From Eukaryota sp. GEM-RC1 (lineage: Eukaryota): 64,000 nucleotides of DNA. Below the pieces are notes generated by a model. That model was given only the letters and a program-made list of their open reading frames with translations. It was not told the origin of the DNA and did no database searches. Shown here one piece after another: positions 49,691 to 61,715 of this stretch. Position 1 is the stretch's first letter; each line of letters starts with the position of its first letter. The stretch spans positions 1,116,001 to 1,180,000 of the forward strand of contig JAUFOQ010000016.1 of the NCBI GenBank assembly GCA_040285855.1, given 5' to 3'. The translations under genes and the position numbers were made by a program.

Positions 49691-50048
49691 ATAAACATAT
49701 GGAACTTCATAAATTCAATACAATCATTACAATAGGCTAAAAACAGGTTCGATTGTATCAACACAATATTCCTTAGAAATTATACAAAATGTCCGAATTC
49801 AACTGCAAAAACTTGTCTATTACTACTAAACTGATAACTACTCCTACTGAGTAAAGTTAGAGTTTAACCATCATAAGTGGAAAACAACATAAGTTCTAAA
49901 GAAACAAACATGTAAGAGATACAACTTAACTTATCAAGTGTGATGGAAAGTAATTGGAACTTTGAATTAACAGAACTCAATTAACACTAAGAAACGAGTT
50001 ACGGGGAGAAAAACAAGGGAGATGTTACGTTAAGCATTACAGAGAAGA

Positions 50049-50556
50049 CTACTCAAGAAGCCAGCGTAACGTTAGATAGACGTAAAGACAGAAACTAATC
50101 AGAACCATTGTATAATAGTAAAGTGTTTGGTTGAAACCACTCCCTTTGTGGTCCTCTCCAGGATAGTTATTGGCGAAGATCCACTTACATTGCTTTTGGT
50201 TGAAGTAATTATGACAAAGAGGATCTAGAGGGGATAACTCGTGATGGGTAATATAGTCACAAACTATGTGTAATAGGTAACATCCAACACCCCAGACAAA
50301 GTAATAGGGTTGAAAGAGGGAACAAACACCGGCAAAAGGCACGCCGACTAGAAGAGTGCCAAGCCATTCCTCCACAAAAGTCCTGCGGTGGCGTCCTGGA
50401 CGCCCCAGTTTTTCCCAATCATTTGGTTGCCATCAATAGCAACACCAAAGACAAAACTGAAAACAAAAGGTTCAAAAACCAGAACCTGACACCAAGAAGA
50501 AGTGCAACTGTGATGTTGAAGACAATTCCCGTAAAGAAGTGGGAATACGAGTGCAT
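50049..50556 (-). CDS. Small membrane protein, YdjM/TMEM267-like putative metal-dependent hydrolase (frameshifted)
   Basis: MHSYSHFF, GVAID, HIVCDY..H..SPLDP motifs spread over three frames, with TM segments. Confidence 0.5.
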
Positions 50557-50937
50557 GATGCTGTGCACAAAAAAGCAAATTTTGGATCATTGATTGCAAA
50601 AGTTGACTTGAAGCCAATCGACAGTACATTTGATTCTACTCATATACAGTACGTCTTTTCTTACATTTGGTCAACATACATTTTTGCCGCAACGTATGTT
50701 TGTACTATTTTGGTGTTCTTTATGCTACCGAATTTTCTACCATATTGACGATGGACATTTTGCAAATATGATGTATCTATTGATCCAACAATTGGATGTT
50801 TCAGAGTGGATAGGTAGAATTATCATACCCTATTTGTCTTTAGCAAGCTAATGTGATATGATAAGTGCTTGAAGAGCTCTTCATTGAAGTTCCCTTAAAA
50901 CTCGAATTTTGCACCTTCAAATTTCTCCAATAACTAT

Positions 50938-53249
50938 ATGAAGTCTCTTAATGACATAATAAAAGGCTTACGTAATCTAAAGGGCTCTGAGTCTCAGTTC
51001 TTATCTGATGCCGTTCTTGATATCAAGGAAGAAATCAAAGGCAACTCTTCTGCCAAGATCAATGCTATACGTAAACTCTGTTACGTATGTTACATACAAC
51101 AACATTCATCATAGCTCCAAATGTTTGGCGTAAACATTAATTGGGCAGCTTTCCCTATCATTGAAGTTGCAGCTACACCCCACTTTGCTTCTAAGCGTCA
51201 AGGCTATCTTGCCATCTCAAACTCTTTCAATGACGAAACTGATGCTGTCATCATGGCAACTAACATGTTCAAAAAGACTTAACCCACAAAGACCATCACT
51301 TTGCTTCTGCTGCCATTGCTGCTCTTGCTTGTATTTGCACTCCAGATCTTTCCAGAGAGCTCATAAACGACGTCATCACAATGCTCAACTCAAGCAAAAC
51401 TGTCATAAGAAAGAAAGCCCTACTCCTAACCTATCGTATGCTCCTCCGTTATCCTGATGCCCTCGCTCTTGCTCTACCTCGCCTTAAGGATCGCCTGGAC
51501 GACAAGGAACCCTCTGTCCAATCTGCTGCTTGTACTATAATGACTGAACTCGTCATTCGAAACCCTTCCATTTACATGGCCTTTGCACCCTCCCTCTTCA
51601 AGATTCTCTCTTCCAAACCTCCTAGAGATACCTGGACTCAAATTAAGTTGATCAAATGCTTTGGAGAGTTGACTAAGGAGGAGCCTAGGTTAACTCAACG
51701 ACTTTTTGAACCTTTATCTCATATTCTGGATACCAGTACGGCTCAGTCATTGGTTTTTGAGGTAATTCAAGCAATCATCTCAGGAATGTCTCATGATCAA
51801 CGACTACTTAGACTGGCAGCAAGGAAACTTTCCTCTTTTGTGGAAGACAGTGACGTTAACATTAAATACCTAGGTCTAAGAGGCTTAAACTCTCTACAGA
51901 AGGAACATTCATCAGCTGTCCGATCTCATGAAGAAATCATCTTCAAATGTTTAGAGGAGGCTGATATCTCTCTCAGACTCCGTGCTCTTGACATTGTAAC
52001 TGGTCTAGCTACTGACAAGAACCTTAAATCGTTGGTTAAGAGACTCCTTCTACTTGTAGAAGATGAAGCTCTGTCTGATGTTGATGTGTCTGGGTCGTTA
52101 AAGTCTGCTCTGGTCAAGAGTATCATTGCAATGACGACTGCTGACGATTATGGCTCAGTGATTGACTTTGAGTGGCTGGTTGGTATTTATACTAGACTTT
52201 TGGTATCTGCAAGCTTTGAGAGTCAGCTGATTGGTGAAACTCTCTGTGAAATTGTTTCTAGAGTTCCTGATGTTAGATGTTTAGCAGTTGGTAAGTTAGT
52301 TCAGGCACTTCTGTCTCCAAGAGGAGCTCAGCTATTGGAAACTTCCTGTACAGCCATGGTGGTCGGATTCGTGATTGGTGAGTTCTTTGATTTAGCTGCC
52401 AAAGATGCAGCAATTATTGTTCCAAAGCTATTAGATGTTGACGTGTGCAAACGACTCTCTGGTGGAGCCGTGGGATCTTTGGCAGACGCTGTGTTGCAGA
52501 TTGTTGTGGCTGAGGCTAATTTAGTGAAAGAGGAAGGTGATTTGGAAAGGTGGCAATCACTGAGATTGATGGCAGTCGAAAAGTTTTCCATTTTGGCAAG
52601 TAGCTGTAGTTGTTTTGAAGGAGTATCGCGAAGTAAGCATTATTTCTCTCTATTAGAAAAAAGTGATGATCCTAAATTGATTGGCATGCTCTCTTTCCTC
52701 TTTAGGAAGGGTGCTGAACTCGTCCCAGTCAGTAAAAGGCTCAACGGAAGGTTCAACCTGCTGAAGGGCTCAACCTTGATTGTTATTTGGACCCTAATGT
52801 TGAAAAGCTAGTTACTCAAACTAAACCTCCAATGCTTCATGATGATATTCTGGATTCAATACCAGTTAAAACTCTGTCTGACGACGATCTTCCACCTCTC
52901 TCAGATTCAACTGAGAAAAAGAAGAAAAAAGAAAAAGAAAGTGAAAAAGGTTAAGAAAGAAAAGAAAGAGGACGTTGAAGTAGAGGAGAAGCCTGTACCT
53001 GCTCCTAAACCTAAAGCAACTCCAGTCAAGATTGTAGCAGTTAAAAGCCTGTCAGATGACGATTCGGAGGAAGAGAAGTCTGGTGGAAAGGGACTTCACT
53101 CAGCACTGGCGTCAATGTCAGTAAACCTACAGGAAAGTTTGTATAATGAGGAAGAATTGAATGAAGGGGAGGATGTGGGTGAGAAACAGAAGAAGAAGAA
53201 ACGTAGAAAGAAAGTTAAGAAGGTTAAGACTGATGAAGTTGAAGTGTAA
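50938..53249 (+). CDS. AP3D1: AP-3 adaptor complex delta subunit, with a 30-nt intron at 51085-51114 and several frameshifts
   Basis: KSLNDIIKGLR, KLCY/LQMFG..INWAAF.IIEV, KRQGYLA, WTQIKLIKCFG.L..EPRL, DVNIKYLGL, DFEW, and a Lys/Glu-rich tail. Confidence 0.9.
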
Positions 53250-53379
53250 ATGAAGTATTTTGAAATTTATTTAGTTTTTATAAAACTGGTGCCACAGATT
53301 TTGTTCATTTATCACAAGACACTCTACTAATCTTCTTAAAATTACATTCAGAATTGAATGTGTACTACTAGTAGTATAT

Positions 53380-54132
53380 CCTATGATTGAATCTGGTTCC
53401 CAGTTTTCGTTTAAGTCTAAGCGAGAACAAATGCACTTCGTTGCTTTGATTAACCACATTCCACAGCTTTATGGATTGTTGTTGAATGTCATCAATGGAC
53501 TGCAACATTTAGATTTCGATGTTTCTTGTGGCCCTCTAATTTACCTAATGATCGGATCCCATTAAGCCAGCCATATGCAAGGTTAGGGCTTTTGTCCTTG
53601 CTTACAGAACTTCAATATTGAAGGGAGTCCTAAATAGGTTCTGTGCTTCAAAGAGTTTTCAAAAGATCAACACTCTGAAGGATGATGTTGAAACTCGCTG
53701 GAACAGCACGTACGACATGTTGAAGAGCTACCAGGATGCCATGATCGTCATAAAGAACTTCTTTGCAGAACCCAGCGTTTCTAGTGGATATTATGAATGA
53801 AGCTCTTGAAGCTATGTGTTCTCTAAAATCTTGGTGGAATCAGCTTGGTGCTGTAGATAATGAAGATAGTGACTCAGAATAGTACTTGTATTTATTTAAG
53901 TGATATAAAGAATATGATATTGGTGTTCTCATATAGTCAAGAAAGGGCTAAGAAGATTCTGCTTGTTCGGATTTCAGATCGGATTCAGATTAGAGTAGTT
54001 CGGATCGGATCGGATTCAGATTAGAGTAGTTCGGATCGGATCGGATTCGGATCAAGGTAGTTCAGATCGGATCAGATTCGGATACAAGAAATTCAGATCA
54101 GATCGGATCGGATATCTGAACGCCCAGTGCTA
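53380..54132 (+). mobile_element. Internally deleted hAT transposon relic with right end
   Basis: LKDDVETRWNSTYDML transposase motif, LKSWWN, a TCGGATCGGATTC subterminal array at 53966-54115, and the end GCCCAGTGCTA. Confidence 0.8.
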
Positions 54133-54139
54133 AATGATC

Positions 54140-55140
54140 CTCAATGTAAATGTGGTAAATAAGTTACTTTTTCTCACCTTTTGAGTTGTAATCGTTTCAT
54201 TACATATAGAACTTGCATTTATGATGCTGTCAGAGATCAAATTCATGTAATGTGTAAGTCCTACAAAATCGAATCTTTCGTTGAGCCAACCGTTGAGATC
54301 ATTTGAAATCAATAATTTAAAATAGTGACCCTGATAAGACTTTTGGTAAAAGAAGAGCTTATGTCATCGTTCCATCAGTCAATGATGTTGACGTGATTAC
54401 TGTGTGATGTTTGCAAGAAAAGAGCATTTAAAGACGCTAAAAATGAAGTGTATCCCCTTGATTTTTCAGAGCAATATAAGAAAAACAAATACAATGTTCC
54501 CTCGACTGCTCGCCCTCAAACATACTAGACATATTGAGTACAAATTATCATAGATGTCCCAATACAAGTAAATTAATATCTGATATAAGCAAACACAATT
54601 TTTGCTTGTATTGGAACCCTTTATGTGGTCAAGTGGCCACACCGATAGTTGTTATAGAATTACATGACACAACGTGACCAATTGGTTTGTCCACAGCTCC
54701 AAACATAGCAATTAATGGAATTTAATTCCATATTACAGTATAACTCGGCCATTATCAAGTATATAGAGAATAAAACAAGCAAGCATTTGTATTTGCTTGT
54801 ATTGGAACCTGCTTGTATTGGGATACCTACGATATGTCCTTTTGCAATTTCAATATATGGTCGATCTGCTATAGATGCTCTCTCTTTGTTTTCTCTCTGA
54901 TTTTGAGACATTTGTCAAAAAAAAGAATGAACAAGAAATTTGATTTCAAGTTTTGGTTGAGTTGCATTGTCTTTACAATAATTTAAACAATTCATACTGA
55001 TTTCAAAAGCTCTGTTAGCTCTCAGAGTTTGTTTATGAAGAACAAGCTGATGTGAGTATTAATGGCAATGAACGTTGTTTTAATGATATTGAGTTCCAGT
55101 TTTCATACATACTTATCTTACTGTTTTTGTTCTAAAATGT
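54140..55140 (+). mobile_element. Second CRE-like non-LTR retrotransposon remnant, interrupted by a small inverted-repeat insertion (~54556-54824)
   Basis: CKCGK*VTFSHLLSCNRFITYRTC..D.VRDQIHVMCKSYKIESFVEP and ICPFAISIYGR, collinear with 20660-21320. Confidence 0.78.
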
Positions 55141-55185
55141 GAACTAAACGAATGCAGTGATGTGTACATTTTAGATATGTATCAA

Positions 55186-55257
55186 TCGCATATGGTGTAG
55201 TGGTTAGCATTAATGTCTTTCACATATTAGACCCGGGTTCGATTCCCGGTATGCGAA
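55186..55257 (+). tRNA. tRNA-Glu(TTC)
   Basis: TCGCATA/TATGCGA acceptor, AATGT-CTTTCAC-ATATT anticodon arm, CCGGGTTCGATTCCCGG T-arm, and a TTTT terminator. Confidence 0.95.
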
Positions 55258-55383
55258 TTTTGCTTTTCTCTATTGGAACATCACTCAATCACATCTGTGG
55301 CACCGATGAGGCATTGTATAGTTCTAGATCTATGTAGGAACGTTTGTCAGGTACTGAGAGCATGTATAACACGAGCTTTGGTG

Positions 55384-55622
55384 TTTCTGTGGATTTCATT
55401 TGAATTTCAATAAGAATTCCGAAGAATCCATTTCAAATTTTGAAATGGATTCTTCGGAATTCTTAGTTCACAAATTACCCATTCACAAACATATCTTGGG
55501 AGTCCATTGTAAAAGTAGGAGACCCAAGGAGATCAACCACAAACGCTCCTAGACTAATGAGTTCCGATCTCTGTTGGAAACATCATCTTCCCTCTAGGAG
55601 CAATACATGAAAGATAATATAA
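55384..55622 (-). ncRNA. Candidate omegaRNA scaffold / right end of the second Fanzor
   Basis: Stems at 55545-53/55593-601 and 55495-500/55523-28, a perfect 27-bp hairpin at 55411-55465, and the shared 15-mer at 55387-55401. Confidence 0.6.
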
Positions 55623-57412
55623 TTATCTATGTGGACGTCGAAACTCTATCGGCCTACTATTGTGATAGTATTCCTCCAGAGCGATGTACCACTGGTTGAT
55701 GGACGCTGAAATGTCCCTAGACCAAATTAAAGAGCATACCGGACATTGAAAGTGGGTGTACAGAGTCTTCATATTTCCATTCACAAGGACACGAAGTTTC
55801 CTTCCAAACTGACGGTGACAAGCCACTTTAGCTGATGTATAGTATTCATCTCCCATCATTACATGATCAAATCGAGTTTTCAGAGCTTTCAGAAACCATG
55901 TTCTTGGACTCTTGACAGCCTGGCGTGATGCTCCATCTCCTCCTTTTCCAAACCAAATGTAAACAGGTCTGTTTTCGGCTAGCTTCTCTATCTTTGCAAC
56001 AACATTGTCTAATCGTTGTTGTTTTCTTATCAAAAATCGAACTTTCGTCTTCGACGCTCCCAAACAAGGCCCTGACTTAGGTTAAAGTCAACAATAGACT
56101 GATTCCCCAGGTTTTCACGTGTAGCTGTGATCTCAAACAAGTACTGGTCGAAGTCTTGAGCAAGGTACACATCAGCACTCAGCTGAGTAATCGTGCGTTC
56201 AGGAATCCATTCTTCTGGTTTAGGGTTCAGCAGGAGACCTGAGTGTTGTGGTCCATCGGGATCAGTTACTCCCGCAGTCCAACCACATAGGTTCTTGTGG
56301 TTGGGGTCGATGGCAACGAAGAAAGGATCAACTGGGTTTTGAGGCCAAGAATCATCTGGAACTTCTTGCCAATTTCGTCTTGGGATTTTGCCTTTAAGAT
56401 TCTTTTTTCGATTTACTTCTCTAGGGCGAAAATCATCAATGCTGCATGCATCACGAGCCACCTCCATTTCGGCTTTGGTTCGTCGTCGTCGTTTCAGACG
56501 AACCTTTGGTTGAAAGCAAACATGAACACTGAGGCCATTAGTAGACATGGCCCACGTGGGGTATCTGGAAGGCTTCTCGTGGTGCTTTTTATATGGAGAA
56601 ATCATTAAGGCCCTAGTATCATTTAGGCGGCAGTATCGAGCCAGGGTCTGTTCGCTGAGGGTGATCATCCCTGGTAGAAAAGACGCAATAGGTGAGAGCC
56701 TATTGCGCTTCATGAGCACGGGAGCTATTGCTTCCAAGTAGGACAGCAATCTCAGGCCTCTTGTGGATATAAACGAGGCCTTCTCGCTACTCAAGAGCAG
56801 AGACCGACTGGAGAGGATCTCAAGCCACTGTGAGTATGCAGCGGGTCCGCCAAGACAGTTGATAAATTCTTCTAGAAGTCTTTGGTGGTTGGACCCTACC
56901 CACTGACGCACGGATGGAGGAAAGGAGCTGGTCCCGACACAGGCTTTTGAGTATGCCTTTGGGACAGGACATCCTCGTAACTGAGCCATGGTGTGGAACC
57001 AATTGGTTGACCACACCACTGGTCCGTCAGTCAGAATCTGGCGGTGATTCTGGGCCAATTGTTTCGCCCGAGCTGATACCAGCTGAGCATCAACATGGCC
57101 AGCCAGCACCCCGTACGGCCAAGCAGATTTGGCTTGCCAGAAGGCGGCAAAGACTTCAGGATGCCGGTTTGGCTTGTCCTGGAACTGGGCCCTAGATCTG
57201 GGATTGGTCTTCAGCATGAAATCAAATGCTGTGACCCAGAAGTCATGGGTTGTAGCTCAACTACCCAATTCGGGGAATTGGTGGAGAAACTTACGGACAA
57301 AGAGAGACGTCCAGTAAGCTGCCTTTGTTAAGAAGGCCACGTCTTCAACAATTGAAGCCCGTGCACGTTCCTGGAAGAATGCAGCAGCGCTACAGAAACG
57401 AGTACACGACAT
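55623..57412 (-). CDS. Fanzor1 nuclease (~595 aa), stand-alone; one T-run frameshift near 56035 and an in-frame TGA at 57257-57259
   Basis: LSPIASFLPGMITL, MSTNGLSV, RuvC-I FVAIDPN, VYIWFGKG, RuvC-II GDEYYTSA, CPVC..WSRDISASIN, RPIEF. Visibly GC-richer than its flanks. Confidence 0.88.
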
Positions 57413-58435
57413 TGGCAATCAATTTATGATTGTTTTTCAGTTTCCAGTTAACTTCTTCAACAATGTGTTTATTGATATGTTTGTAATACATCATAAAAAA
57501 TAGCGTTGTCTGTGAGTATTCATGGCCAGACTGATACAGACACTCAAGTACGCTAAGAGGATCGTTGCTCATAATATTTGTTCATGATCTTGATTCTTGT
57601 TATCCATCATTCTTCTTTGGTCTGGTTCTGTATAGGTTGATCTTGTCAATTTATCTTTTCTTTTTAATTTTACTTTGGGATGTCTTATCAGCACCTTTGG
57701 TTGAAGCAGAAGATCCTCCATTTCTCTCAACCAACGATTTCACTGGTGCTGATGAGATCTTGAATGAATTATCAGTAAGTCCAACTGACATCTTGTCATC
57801 CGAATGTTGGTCTTGAAGCTTAATACAATCCCGAAGACTGCATTCATTGTACCGTTTACACTGATTCTTCCTGAAAGAGTTTTGTTCCTTACAGTTTGCT
57901 TCCGAGATCTCAGAAATCTTCTATCGTTTCACGTCTTCTATTTCGCTCAGAAGATCTACCCTTCTCAAGATCTACCCTCTCTAAATCCCCTGCTTTCATG
58001 TCTTCAAGACTGAGAGCAACCAACCATTCCCCCCCTCTCTTCAATACATCCTTCAAGGAGATTTATGCTCATCGTAATTCTATGTTCAATGATATTACAA
58101 ACAAAGTCAATGAGATTCAAGAAGATGGTGCAACAGAAACAGACAAGCTCTCGAGTACCTTGATCAGATTGATGTATATCTTTCTCAGGATCAGAAGAGA
58201 TGTCAAGTAGAGGATGATGATTTAGATATTGATGAAGGTGTTTGTAATGATCATTCTTATTGTTTCAGTTCCCATTCAGTTGTAGACTTAGAGGCTTGAC
58301 TGTTGTAAATTAGCTTTATCTTTAATTAATTTTGTTGTAAATGATGGCTGATTAACCTAATACTGGCCCTGTCCTATTCTACTAATACAAGCCAAGACAT
58401 GGTAGGCTAGTAACGGTTTTGAATTTAGTAAATTA

Positions 58436-58593
58436 TAGAGCTGTCAAACGGTTCGGCTCAAGCCGTAAACCGAACGACTTGAGCCAAACCATATCGAAAT
58501 TTGGTTCGGCTTACTCAAATGGCTCAAGCCAAAGCCGAACCAGTTTGGAATTTTACAAGCCAAACCATTCGGCTCAAGCCGTTGACAGCTCTA
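58436..58593. mobile_element. hAT-type MITE present only in the right duplication arm
   Basis: TIR TAGAGCTGTCAA and 8-bp TSD GTAAATTA. The left arm has the empty site (single TAATTTAC at ~6378-6385). Confidence 0.9.
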
Positions 58594-59210
58594 GTAAATT
58601 AGAGTGTAGTAGTAAACCATAACTTAACTTAGAGTCTAACGAGTGGCTGGTGTAGTTCCCGTAAAGGGTTCAAGAAGAATATGAGTCATATTTAAGTGAT
58701 TCTACTGGAATTAACGTAGAAACATGATTATTACTCTTCAAAATTGTGAATTTGAAGAAATTATTATGATTGTACTACTAGTAGTTACCTGTGCAAATTT
58801 AACACCATCTTAAACAGTTTAAAGATGATCATACAGTAGCCAAAAAAAACAGCAACTGACAGCTGAATAAATATTAAATTATTTCTATTTTTCGCAGGCT
58901 GTAGTTGTTTTTTTGCATGACTTGTCAAAATTGAAATCATATTCATTAGCTTATATTCTTTAATGAAAAATTTTACAACATCAACGTACAAAGTATGGAG
59001 ACCGAGAAAATAGGCCATAAGAAACCACTTAGAAATCTAATTAATTCAACACACCCAAATCAAAACAAACAGATGTCACTGGGAAGTATCAAAGAATCAG
59101 CTTCTAGATATCACGTCATCATGAATAAGTCTTGCAATTGGTAGACAAACAAGATGTGCAAACAAGAAAAACAAAGTCAGCATTCATTTACTACTTTAAG
59201 AAGTAGCATT

Positions 59211-60949
59211 TCATGTATCGTCATCACTGACTGGCTCTTGAGCTCTATGTAAATCCATCAATTCTCTCACGTTCATGATTCTTCTAGGAGGGTAAGTGTG
59301 GTGAGTTGCTACATAAGTAATGGAATCTTCAGGTAAACAGCCACGTGTCAACAACATTTCAATTTTTGGATCAATTTTGAAATCTTTCAATGGCGATGGA
59401 ATACTATTGACTCCCATTTTGGCTAGGGTTTCCCCCGGCAGCAACCGTAACACGTCATCAGCAACTCCTTCGAAAGTTCTTGTCGTGATTGAACGGTCAT
59501 AGGAAGTCGGAAGACCACGTAATCTGCCAGAAACGCAAGTAAAACAAAGTACTATCTGTCCAAAAGGCGGAATAAAAGCCACAAAAGACCCTTCGACTCC
59601 CCTCCCAACCTAAGGAAAGACCAACATTACTATACACCGCCATAACTTCAAAGAAAGTGTAAAAAAAACGGTTGTCTTTGAAATTACCAAAAGACACTAA
59701 TACCAAAAAACTTGGAAACATAGATCCAAAAACAATCTCTCAACCAAGCTGTATCTTGTTGACTTTTAAGAATACGTAGAAAAGCCGCAGTTAAACTCTT
59801 TGGATCGTTCAACTTCTTCTTCTTTTGAAACTCTCTTGCAGAACCTCGTAGTGTTGCAATAAAAGGGATCTGACCAACAATCATGAGTAACAAAGTGATT
59901 AGAAGTGACGATGGTGATAGAAGATTGAGATCAAATGAACTGAAACCAGTGCTTTTGATGGCAATACTTCCAAAATAGACATTTAATAAAGTTGAAAGTC
60001 CTGAATACGGAAGAACTTTGAAGTCGAACAAAAGAGAAACAAACTTTGTAAAATAGAGAGCAAACGCCCAAAAGGATAACCAATTGGTTTCAACTTGGGA
60101 AAAAAGATGGGTATGTACTTCACGTCCATGGGACAAGAGAAACTTGTAAACGGGAGAGAATCTTGATCTATCAGCAAGGATTCTGACAATGCTACGGAGA
60201 AAGATAGGATATCCAGCCATGCCTGCAAACATAACAAAAGTAAGAGGGAAAAGAATAAAGGGATCGTCATTGAAAGGTTCCAGACTAGAATTGAACAGGG
60301 CATATCCAGCGCTGTTAAATCCACTAATAGAGTGGAAAAACGAAAACCACACCCAGCCACCAACTTCAGAAGCAATTGAACGAGCAGAGGGAGAGAAAAG
60401 GAAACGCAAAGAAAGAAGAGACATACAAATGACATAGCATGAGACAATGTAGGTGATAATGACTTTACAAAGCCTTGTAGTGGCCCAATACTCAGTAGAA
60501 TACTGGTAGAGAGGAATAGAAGCTTTAAGTTGAGCTTCTTCCTCAGACATGTCAAGAGAAACGTCTTTATCAAGACTTTGTGGGTCAGAGAGGCTGGAAT
60601 TACGTCGATAAACTTGTTGAACAACTCCCTGGGGAAAAACAGGTTCAGAAAAATTGTGTGTGAGGAAGCGACGACGGACTATCAGTGGAACTAAAGACCA
60701 GAGAGGCATAGATCCCAGCTGAATGAGTATCAAAACAATAATCTTGAAGAGAAAAGAGGATTGTTGGAAATTAAAAGGACTCAATCCGGTGCTGGTAATA
60801 GCACTGAAGGCTGTGAACATGGATTGAACAATCGTGACATCTGAAGAAGGATATAAGAGCAGACCACCAACAGTACCCATAAAAAGAAAACTGAGCAGGA
60901 ATGAAACATAGAAGTTGGTCTGAAACAGATGAAGCAGTCTGATAAACAT
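59211..60949 (-). CDS. Trk K+ transporter, second copy (two apparent frameshifts)
   Basis: Near-identical protein to 3647-5386. Confidence 0.85.
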
Positions 60950-61298
60950 TGGTCTTGTAGAAGGGTTCAAATTCGAGAACTCTTGCAGGTCATTCCCAAA
61001 TTTCGATCTCGAAACTGCAATACTCCGTTTTCTTCTGAAAGGAATGTAATTACCAACAATTGATCGATTGTTGTTTACTAAGTTGTCCAATTTTTCGCAT
61101 CAAATTGTTGTTGTTCAGCTACGTTATGAAGGGTACTACCTAAAGCGTTCTATCAATGCAACTTCACTAGCATCATCAAAAAGGTGTCTACTATCATTCT
61201 GGAAAACACAAGCAGACGAGTTCCATTGGCAACACAAGCAATTAAAAAAAATGACTTGGACTTTATACTCATTGATGTGCACGAACTGTGTTCAACAG

Positions 61299-61715
61299 CT
61301 AAAGGAAAGATCCATAACCAGCAAAAGATCGCTTCTCCTGATCTAGAGTAGTAGAGGGTCCATGACCAGCAATAACTTTAGTTTTCCCAGGCAAATCTCT
61401 CAACAGCCGACGAATAGAATTTTTGAGATCGTTACCATTGCCTTGCCAAAGATCTGATCGTCCACAACTTCCTTGGAACAGAACATCACCCGCAATGAGA
61501 GTGTTTTCCTTCTCAATGTACAAACATATACTTCCTGGCGAATGACCAGGACTTGTGAAAATCTTGAACTCAATCTTGTTTTCGAAATCACCCATAGATA
61601 CAACATCACCATCGGAAACCAAAAGATCGGGTTCCGGCTGAGGACTCGCAGGAAGTGGAACACCAAACTCACTTGGTTGTTGATGAATCTTATTGTAAAG
61701 TTCAAGGTCTTCCTT
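61299..61715 (-). pseudogene. 5'-truncated second copy of the MBL hydrolase
   Basis: Homology to the left copy stops at ~61715, removing the THAHFDH motif. Confidence 0.8.
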
